NCBI GenBank assembly: GCA_009103225.1
Contig: RHPI01000398.1
Location: 1-45,202 of the forward strand
Direction: 5' to 3'
Source of the DNA: Chlorokybus atmophyticus
Lineage: Eukaryota; Plantae; Mesostigma and Chlorokybus algae
Length of the DNA: 45,202 nt
Numbering within the stretch: position 1 is the stretch's first letter; the number at the start of each line of letters is the position of its first letter. A model generated the notes under the pieces. The model was given only the letters and a program-made list of their open reading frames with translations, was not told where the DNA came from and did not search any database. Shown one piece after another: positions 35,801 to 45,202 of the stretch. The position numbers and the translations under genes are program-made.

Positions 35801-37054
35801 GCGAGCCTTTAGAGGCAAGTAGTAAAAGGTTACAGTGCTGCCATGCTTAGCGCTGCAGGTAGGACACTTCTCCTTCATTAGCAGCTGCATCTCCGCCTCT
35901 CTGCGCTGCCGTTTGGGGGTGTTGGTGCCATCAGCCGCGGGCTCAAGCTCTAGTGGCACCGGATCAAAGAGATGCCAGTGCCCATCTTTTACGCAGGCAT
36001 GATACTTTAGCGGCACGGGCATGCCCATCTGCTTCAACAGGTTGTATAGCCGACACATTGGCGTCGGTACCTGAAATGAACAGCGTTGTGTCACATGAAT
36101 TGCCATGGCAGAACTCAACAGTGAGCGTACACAGCCCCATCCGGCACTTCACTGGCAACAGCCGCTACTCGCACTCAGTGCAGCCAAGGCATGAAACCGT
36201 CTGTGTGGTACCTTGCTTGCAGATGGCTCGTCATCCCGCAATTGTGGATGCAATTGCAGCAAGGCTTTGCGGGCCGCCAAAGGCCCACCTTTACACGTCG
36301 TCAATAGATGCAGGCATGAAACCGTCTGTGTGGTACCTTGCTTGCAGATGGCTCGTCATCCCGCAATTGGGGATGCAATTGCAGCAAGGCTTTGCGGGCC
36401 GCCAAAGGCCCACCTTTACACGTCGTCAATAGATGCAGCAGATAGCGCGCGTTCATCCGCAATGCGGACAAGCTCAAGCGTCTTGTCGACATACTCCTTG
36501 AGGACTTCTTGCTGCTGATTGGTCTGTTTCAGAAACTCCTGTAGGATGTTTCGCACATGCTCATTTATTTGCTGCAGTGGTGAAGCCGCTTTTTAGCCAT
36601 GCACCATCTCCTGCGCCAACTGATCGCGCCGAAGGTGCCGTCCAATCTTCAACGCATCAATGGGCTAACACGCAACACCATGTGAGTTACGTGCGGCATG
36701 CACTAGGCGTGTATTCTCAGCGCTGTGGACCAATGCTGCAAGCATGCATCATACCTGCTTAAGCCCTTTGCATTTGCTACACCAGCAGAGAGCATACACC
36801 GGTGCATGACTGGAGCGAGCAGGCGAGCCCGTGTTGTGCATGGAGCCAGCATGGTGCATAGTTTCAGCATGCGTATTGTCTGTCGCGGCGAAATGCGGCT
36901 CAAACCCATCTAAGACTTGGGATTGCGACATGCCGCCCTGCGTAATTTCCTGCTGCTCTACATGGCTTGACAGATGAGCATCCTCTTGCCTCTTCCGCTT
37001 GAGTGCTCTGTCACAAAGTTGACATTTTGTAACCTTGGATAGACTGGTGAACAT
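32868..37054 (-). pseudogene. CACTA/EnSpm-like (CMC superfamily) DDE transposase, intron-containing, frameshifted
   Basis: TFYYLPLKARLQLML; EVWDGKKW..WFWDP; NLALIGHWDGF; DAFSEPLVLELEE.YVNG; LFLWTGDHPAQCDMGKF..CRRC; VFDTMHVL; GWKAKEYQKF; LLEDIVNH..YWCY. Clean GT-AG intron at 35371-35302. Confidence 0.85.
36188..36437. repeat. 125-bp tandem duplication inside the transposase
   Basis: ggcatgaaaccgtctgtg... starts at 36188 and 36313; one visible mismatch (aattgtgga vs aattgggga). Confidence 0.92.
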
Positions 37055-37337
37055 GCTAGCCACTCTAGCGCACACACTCTACCACCCGCCGCCACCGCCG
37101 CCGCCCGCGGCCAGATCAGCCGCCGCCTACTGTTTACCACCCGCACAACGTCACGTGCGCTAGTGCGCTAGTGCGCTACCGAGTCCGTTCGGAGACTCCA
37201 GATTGGTTGACTTGGTGAGGTCAACGCGCATTGCACGAAAATTCAAACGATTGCCTTTGGATTCCCCAACCGCTCCATTTTGCGGCACAGCGCAAGTTAG
37301 TGAAGCAGCTCTCGGAGGCGGCGGCGGCGCAATTACC

Positions 37338-39510
37338 ATGGCGGGTGTAGGCAGACTGACAGAGGAGGGTATAGTTGAGCACACCACCAGCGTCATTGTC
37401 TGCGACTTTGCAGAGCTGTTTAGAACTAGCATGGTGGATGGTGCAGCGTATTTAGCGTGCGACTGCAAGTTGTTCCGCGCCATGGGTCTGCCAGTGGGAG
37501 TCATCTCCAAGCTTATGCATGACATCAAAAGTACCGCTCCGCCAGTGCAGACGCTCACAAGTGGCACCGAGTCTGACATCATCAACCCTGTGGAGCCTGG
37601 CTTCCTGCCACCACAAAGCAGTCCGACATACCCCACCGCCCAAAGGTGCTTCCGCGTGAAAGGCGACGCTAGCGCAGGCATCCCAACAGGTAATGTCCAC
37701 TTGCTCTCTGTCATGGCCTACATTTGATCCACCTGCGCTGAACTTTCATTTCGTTTCGTTGTTGCCATGTCGCAGTATTGAACATGGAACCAGTGCGTGC
37801 GGAATGCCAGGCAGTGTGACTGCTGAGTGCCTTGCATTTGCTGTAGGCCGTTCATAAGTCTCATGCTCGTGTTTGCTCTTGGTTTATTGCAACGTGGTAC
37901 ATGCTAGTGCGGACTGCATGCAGGCATAGACACCGTATGTCTTCTGCTAAGAGTTATGGTGTCTGCACAGGCGTGCAGTTTTTTCTGACACAGACTTGGA
38001 AAGGTCAGTCCATGGTCATGCAGGACAACTGGCGGATCCTGCTGCATGTCATTGAGAAGCACTTCCCCAACGGCTCTGCAAGGAATGCCAACTTCCAGAT
38101 AAGCTCAGCCGACATCGACAAGCGACGAGAGTGCATCAGAGAAGTCTTCAACGAACACAAGCCCCTGGTTTGGGGCGACTACAAACTTGCATGGGATGAG
38201 GGTGAGTGCACATGTTGTCTCATGTATTGCTGCATTGCCTGTACACTCTGCAGCTGCTGCACATGGTGAAATGCATACTTATGCGCATGGGTGCAGTGTG
38301 GATACAGAGGCAGTTTACTGAGAAGGTCATCAACAACTGCAAGCGCGGCAACCGCAACGGCCGCACAGAGGAAGAGCGCAAACAGGCGGCGCGGGATAAG
38401 CGAGTTCGCACCGGTGGGTCGGGTGCAAACTCCACATCTGTTGGCCAGAGCTCGGAGCGCTTCAGCCAGTATAACCACCAGAAGGGTTCAGAGGTTGTGC
38501 TGCTTGGCATATGGCTGGATGCACAGCATGCCATTGCACCGCCATTGGATGTGCAACTGCAAGAGGCATCTGCAGCAAGGTACAATGTATGTTGCGGCGC
38601 ATTGTTGTTGTAGCATGCCAGATGTTGCAAATCTACATGCATGGACAAGTGCATGTTATGATTTAATAGCTTCTTGTGCCAGGGAGCCAGCGTTCACTAC
38701 AGTAGCAGTGGCAAAGGGGATTGTCAAAAGCATCCTTCCAGGAGCATCCTGCCTCGCTCATACGCCGTCCAGATCACGTGTTGTGCGCCGTGCGAGTGTT
38801 GGAGCGCGAAGGATGCCCGCATTTGCAGACCAGCATACGAGAAAGATGGCTGGCACGGAGAGTATGCGCATCGTCTAAGCGAGCGGGTAAGATATAACTT
38901 TATATTCTATGTACACAACACTAAAATGCAGCCTGTTTCACTCATATGTATGCGCTTGTGTATGTGTGTAAACAGGTGGGTCAAGAAATCGCATGGCCAG
39001 CATTTTTGTGCACACAAGATGCTGTATGCCCCTGCCCCGATTGCAGTGAAAGCAGTGACGTAAACTGCGGCATCGCTGACTGTTTTCAATGGTGTTTCAA
39101 AGAACACGCCTGTGCCACCCCGCCTGAGGTCCCTTCGCTCAAAGGTAACAACGAGGTGAGTCATAGTCAATATGTTAGAGTTGTCATCGCCGTAGATGCT
39201 GCTGTCTCACACTGTCGCGGGGTCGCAAAACGCAGACCCAAGCTTGTTTGGAACCTATGAAGAGCGGGTCCGCGCCGCTGCTGCCTGCTGCGATGTGAAG
39301 GAAAACCCCTCAGACTCCATTTTGCACAAGGTCTTGGTTGCGCATCGTGTTACATACGGAGCTGCTGTTTACCACCCGTGAGCGAATCGACGAGTTGCTG
39401 AGGGTTGCATTTTACAAGCGCTGGGTCAAGTGGGAGGGAGACCACGAGATCGTATGGTGGTTAACGAATAAGAAGCCAGGAAGCATTGGCGTGCTGAGTA
39501 TCTGATGCCT
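37338..39510 (+). pseudogene. Transposon ORF2 with N-terminal SAM-like domain (right copy)
   Basis: ATG in ATTACCATGGCG context. Donors CAG|GTAATG (37690), GAGG|GTGAGT (about 38200), CGG|GTAAGA (about 38887) and GAG|GTGAGT (about 39155). Frameshifts in later exons. Confidence 0.65.
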
Positions 39511-40357
39511 GGCAAGGCAGCGCGCAGGGCTGCTTTGTGCGTGTTGCCGCAAGCTAACGCTCTAGTAGGGTTATAAGCAGCAAATTTGGCTAGCAAATTG
39601 TACATACATGTACTTGCACTAATAAACCATTTCATGGTCTTCTGCAAGTTTCACTACGGGTGCATTGCGAGTTGCCAACTGGCGTTGTTGTACAGTTCTT
39701 ATGCATGCTTTTGGCAATTCGCATGACGATGAATCCATGCATGGTAAAACTGCCAGGAATGTTTCTCGTGATGATGCATCTTCCCAACACTGGCATAACA
39801 ATTGTGCCATACTCGTCGTGAAAGTGTGCACCATGCATGTGGTGATGGTTGGACCATGGTGGTCATGAATGTCGTGACCAACACTGGTGATGTCGGTCAT
39901 GCCATAGTGGTGATGACTGTTTCCACCATACATGGCGTCACGGTTATGCCGCCATGGTGCCAACTGTCATGACCACAACTGGTATGAATGTCATGTCACA
40001 CTGGTGTCTATCGTCAAAACCATTTATAGTGTGACTGTCATGCCGCAGTGGCCATGTATACCGGTTACAGCCATACCAGTGTGGTCCGCGGACCAACAAC
40101 GAGGTGGTAACATACCATGCATGGCATGAAGATTACAACCCATGGTGGTCTTGACCGTTTGCACCACATCTGGTGTAACCTTACCACCATGACTGGTGTG
40201 GATTATTCGGCACCATACTGGCAGTGAATCTTGATTGTAATCACACCGATATGGTCCGCGAACTAGCAACGAGATGGTAACATTGCACCATTAATGGTCG
40301 TCGGACGTTGCCACCATACTGTAGGCACATGGTTGTGAGTCTGGTCCTGACCCGTGA

Positions 40358-43300
40358 TGTGACGGTGCTCGTGCCTTGCTACCTGTGAGTTGGTCCAATC
40401 CACAACTCTCTCACCAAGGCACAGTATTCACACCGGAACCTTGCCCCCTCTGCCAAGCACACACACGCGCCCCGCCACTCGCGTACGCACGCGCATGCGC
40501 TCGAAGCTACACACCGACTTGTGTAGCGCCTTGGGTCGTCACACAAGTAAGCACACACCAGTGGCCACACGCTAGCAACTTCTGCTAACCACCACCAAGC
40601 TTGCACACCAGAAACTAGGGAGCTGAAGGTTGTATTGCAAATTGTAGAATGTCACTTTTATACCTACCAGTCTGCACATGCTACTGTCTAGACGACTCTA
40701 GCGCTAGACGGAACTAGAAGCTAAGATATTCTTGCAGAATCTTGTAGTACACTTCTAGACCTTTCCAACGCACCAAAGATCTCCTAATTTGCTGCTCATA
40801 TGGTCAAGTTATACTACTTGGCGCCCGGTCCTTCCAGAAATCTGGTCGAGCCCTTCTCGACTGGCCCTCCGTTTTCTGGCACCTTCCGGACTGGTCTTGG
40901 GGCCCCGGTCGATATCCGCGGCAGACTCAGAACTCGCCGATATCCGCCACAAGTCATAAAAAACATGTACCTTACAAATAAGGCCTAAGATGGCCATGAA
41001 AATCACAAAATTTGGCCTTGACTGTTAAACTCCTCCCCCCCTAGGTGAGCTTCGTCCTCGAAGCTCGCAAGGTTGTTGTCGAGCAAGATAGTCACGCACA
41101 ACGTCTTGAGCATTCGTCAAGTGTGCCTCTGGCTCCCAGGATGCTTCATGCAACGGATAGCCCTTCAATTTCACTAAGAACTTGCGCACGCCATGCACAA
41201 ACTTCTCACCCAGGATGTCTTCTACCTCCCACTCTGGTTCACCATCCGTGCCAACTTCGGGGGGCGGCCTTTCTGGCGGTTGTCCTTGATATGCTTTCAG
41301 AAGGGAGACGTGAAAAACGGGGTGCACACGCATGGTGTTGGGTAGCTCCAGTTTGTACGCCACGTCCGAGATAACTTTGCTGACCTTAAATGGTCCCAAC
41401 CAGCGTTTATTCAGCTTGCAAACTCCCGTACGCACCTGGACGTGCTTCGCGGAGAGTAACACAATGTCGCCTTCCTAAAACGTGAGGCGTCGGCGATGCG
41501 CGTCCGCGTACTGCTTCTGCCGATTTTGTGCCACCAATAGCGCCTCCCTAGCTGCCTTGTTAATGTCCGCGCACTTTGTAAGGAAGTCATTAGCTGCCTC
41601 CACACGCACGTCATGTCGTCGCGGTGTCCATGCCGTCAACGGTGTCAATGGATGTTGCCCATAGTTCATAAGGAAGGGAGTGACACCTGTGCTTGCATTG
41701 TGGTGGTTGTTGATCGCAAACTCAACCAACTCAAGCAGCTCCGCCCAATTGTCTTGTCGCGCGTTAACGTAGCAACGCAGCATGTCCTCGATCACACAGT
41801 TGGCCCGCTCCGTTTGCCCATCAGTTTGCGGGTGGAATGCCGTGATAAACTTCAGTGTGGTACCCAGTGCACTATGCAGCGCCTCCCAAAACTTACTTGT
41901 AAAGCGCGGGTCGCGATCACTCACAATGCTTCGTGGTAACCCATGAGAACGAAATACATGCTTCACGAAAAAGCGTGCTGCCTCCGGTGCCGTGCAAGAC
42001 TCACTACACGATGCCAAGCGTACCATTTTGCTGGTTTTGTCGACGAACACAAGTATAGCGTCGTACCCTTCTTTTGTCGTTGGTAGCCCCGTGATAAAGT
42101 CCATGGTAACTTGCTCCCACTTGGACAATGGCACAGGGAGAGGTTGCAGCAACCCACCTGGCTTTTGGTTGCTTGCCTTCACCCTTTGGCATGCGTCGCA
42201 CAACGCCACGTAGTCGCGCACATCGCGATGCATCTCTCGTCAGTAAAAATACTGCTTCAAGCTTGCCAAAGTCCTTTCCAACCCTTGGTGACCACCAATG
42301 GGCACGTCATGAGCTTCCTTCAGCAACTTCACGCGGATATGCGCGACGTTGGGGATGTACAAGCGCCCGTGGTGCCACAGCAGCCCGTCGCGCATTGACC
42401 AATGCCCACTTGTGTCCGTAGCTGCATTTTCCAGCTCTTGCAACAGTTTCATACCCTCCGTGTCTTCACAAAGCACTTGCCGAATCAGGTCGGTCCACTC
42501 GGGCTGCACTTGAGCGAGTGGCAAGCCTCAATTGCATTAAGCCGGCTCAGCGCGTCAGCAACACCATTTGACGTACCGGGCTTGTACTTGATATCGAAGT
42601 CAAAAAGTTGAAAGAACTCAAGCCATCGAGCTTTTCTGCGACTCAGATGAGGTTGTGTTTGTAAGTACCTCAGTGGAGAGTGATCCGTCTCCAGCACGAA
42701 CTTTTTGCCTTCCAGAAAACAACGCCATTGTCGTAGCGCCATGACTTGCGCCAAAAGTTCCCTCTTGTGCACGGGGTAAATCAGCTCCGCACCACTCATC
42801 TTCTTGCTGAAGAATGCTACTGGTTGAAGGCCGTTGCCATGGTCTTGCTGCAAAACAGCTCCTACGGCTGTGTCGGACGCGTCGCAAGCCAAAATAAATG
42901 TCTTTTCCATGTCGGGGTGAGCCAGGACTGGTGCCTCCGTCAGCGCCTTCTTCAACGCAGCAAATGCATGTTCCTCTGTTGCTGACCAGCTCCAAGGCTT
43001 TCCCTTCTTGAGTAGGGCAGTCAAGGGAGCAGCTATGCGCGAAAACCCCATGATAAACTTGCGATAATACCCCGCAAGGCCTAAAAAGGACATCACCTCC
43101 TTTACATTGGTCGGGGCAGCCCACTCGCGCACCACCTGCACTTTGTTGGGGTCCGGCTTGATGCCTTCATGCGACACAATGTGGCCTAGGTACTCCACCT
43201 CTCGAAGCAAGAATTTGCACTTCTGTAGCTGGGCGTACAACTTGTGTTCGCGCAAACGCTGCAACACGCGCCGTAGAAGTGCCACGTGCTCCTCCTTTGT

Positions 43301-43688
43301 TGTCGCGTACACCAAAATGTCGTCGAGGTACACGAGGACTCCCTTACCAATCAAATCAGCAAAAACGCTGTTCATAAGCGTTTGAAATGTTGCCAGTGCG
43401 TTCGTAAGTTCGAAGGACATGATCAACCACTCGTAGTGCCCATAACGTGTGTTAAATGCTGTTTTCTCCACATCCTCGGGCGCGATGCGGATTTGGTGAT
43501 ACCTCCAGCGAGATCAAGTGTTGTGAAGTACTGTGCACCTTGCAATTGCTCCAGCAACTCGTCGATACGTAGGAGTGGAAAGCAATTCCTCTTCGTCATG
43601 TTGTTGAGAGCTCGGTAGTCGACGCACATGCGCAAGCTCCCGTTCTTCTTTCGTACAAACAAAATAGGTGCACCATAGGGGGACTTAC
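40358..43688 (-). mobile_element. 3' half of the chromovirus (RT-RH-INT-CHD, PPT, LTR 40358-41029), 5'-truncated
   Basis: RT here keeps YLDDIL. Shares the frameshift, TGA and TAG lesions in RH/INT with the left copy, and shares the LTR-flank junction. Confidence 0.95.
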
Positions 43689-43699
43689 ACACGGATTGA

Positions 43700-43990
43700 C
43701 GTTCAAGGACCATGAATGGTCCGTGACGCAGGACCGGGATGTCCCCCTGCTAAATGAAATTGGTGGACTTTGCATGGTCTGTTTTTCATCGACAGTCGGA
43801 CCATTCATGGTCCGAATTTCACGTGCATGGTACCATTGTCCCTTGGTACGCACCACTTAAGGTCCGGCCGATTACTGTTGCGTCAGGACCAGGTATGGTC
43901 CGGCCATCGGACCAGGGACTAAATCATGTCATTACAAAACTTCAATCATAACTGGTCCGGCCAGCGGACCATGGACCGAAATTTATTATG
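43700..43990. repeat. Array of GGACCA..TGGTCC short inverted repeats
   Basis: ggaccatgaatggtcc, ggaccattcatggtcc, ggaccaggtatggtcc; the motif also occurs at 27530-27820. Confidence 0.75.
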
Positions 43991-44125
43991 GACCAATGTA
44001 AATATAAGTGCAAATGCAGTAAAAGTTGATACATCTTTGCCGGCGGCACCGGCCACGCCCAACCTGCGGCGCACGAGGCCGCGGCCAGCTCCGCGGCGTT
44101 AGTGGAATGATTAGTCAAGAACACA

Positions 44126-44198
44126 CGCATCAGCCGGATTCGAACCCAGCACCTTTAGCATATCAAAGACGACGCCCTAACCACTAAGCTACAAGTGC
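44126..44198 (-). pseudogene. Degenerate tRNA-like sequence (pseudo-tRNA or SINE head); anticodon ambiguous
   Basis: Minus strand GCACTTG-TAGCTTAGTGGTTAGGGC (A box)...GGGTTCGAATCC (B box). Anticodon and acceptor stems pair poorly. Confidence 0.65.
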
Positions 44199-45059
44199 AC
44201 GTACCGGTAGGGTCGCATGGCAACTGTATCATGTTGTTTATTGCATGCGCCGACAGCCGCTTGGCGACTGTCGGCCGGCGGCAGTAATTGCCGATGGACA
44301 GTCGGAGATTGTGTGTCGCTTTGATAGGCCCACAGGCTGAGCCTATGCAATTGTAGCATTCATAGGCTGTACCAGTTACATGGACGGTGGTAAACTACAT
44401 ACCGGTAGCCGCGAACTCGGCGGTTGTCAATACGCCAGTACAATTTGTAGACTTGTTAGGGGCTGTCATTGTGACAATGCTTAGTAATAGTAGCCAAATT
44501 GCGACTGTCAATGCAGCCAGTGTACCTTATCGGGCTGTCGATGATTCTGTGGTCGCATGAGGCTTTTATAGGCCATTTATGAGGTTATACAAGTAAGGCT
44601 ATAAGTCATAACATCTGACATTGCTTGCGCTTTCGTTTCGTACAAAATATTAAAACCAATCATGCCATAAATTACGCTTAGCAATGCAACATGCGAACAG
44701 CATCAACATATGTATTCATGGTATGATGATAACGGTTGTGAACATTATGATAATGTACTAACCAACGAACTATTTAATGCAATCAACACGCGCAATGCAT
44801 GGATGTAAATTTGATATAGTATTTATTGTAGATTATGTAATTGTACAGTAATCAAAACACTTTGTACAATCGCATTTGTATACATTATTGAAGATGTATA
44901 TAATTTTGCATATGAAAGGTCTAATGCACATGTGTACGCGCATTAATATACTTACAACATTGTATGTACATGAAATAATAGATATGAAGTAATTGCACGG
45001 CTGCAACTGCGGCCGCAATACGTCAACAATTTTTGCTTGTATACCTTAAGCCTATTCCT

Positions 45060-45190
45060 ACATGCACACACACACACGTATATTTATCAATATATATACA
45101 TATGCATGTATACATATATATATACATATATATATGTGTATATATACACATATATTTATATGTATACACATATCCATTTATACATATATA
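45060..45190. repeat. (CA)n/(TA)n microsatellite-rich tract
   Basis: acacacacac...tatatatacatatgcatgtatacatatatatatac. Confidence 0.85.
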
Positions 45191-45202
45191 GGCCACAAGT
45201 GG

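Larger units (their letters stand above)
36913..43688 (-). repeat. Right arm of about 6.8-kb inverted duplication
   Basis: Mirror of 24200-31005; breaks off inside RT at ...AAGTCCCCCTATGG. Confidence 0.97.

Noticed and set aside
20384-44104. CACTA at 20384 and TAGTG at 44100 as the TIRs of one element
   Set aside because: Identity does not extend past five bases and the flanking trinucleotides (TTA vs GAA) do not form a TSD.
44126-44198. Functional or suppressor tRNA
   Set aside because: Anticodon and acceptor stems pair poorly, and the anticodon reads TTG or TGA depending on register; neither would decode TAA or TAG.

Overview
Eukaryotic chromosome end, probably green-lineage: the ACC is plant/green-algal type and the introns are short. 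The window opens with a (CCCTAA)n/TTAGGG telomere (1-82) joined directly to a truncated, decayed Ty3/gypsy pol. After a 590-N gap and an unresolved gene-like stretch comes a complete multi-exon homomeric acetyl-CoA carboxylase (6378-16252, +), the only host gene I can firmly identify. Next are a tRNA-Leu-like relic, a MITE and small repeats. The right half is a transposon block. A chromodomain Ty3/gypsy element (21188-27529) sits in palindromic-repeat arrays belonging to a CACTA/EnSpm-like DNA transposon. That transposon has an intron-containing transposase and a divergent multi-exon gene beginning with a SAM-like domain. About 6.8 kb of this composite is present twice in inverted orientation (24200-31005 and 36913-43688), and the two units meet tail-to-tail at an interstitial TTAGGG tract (about 32381-32493). 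All transposon ORFs are disrupted. Single-N joins and one apparently identical 2.8-kb stretch mean part of the architecture could be an assembly artefact. All family calls come from motif recognition by eye, not database searches.
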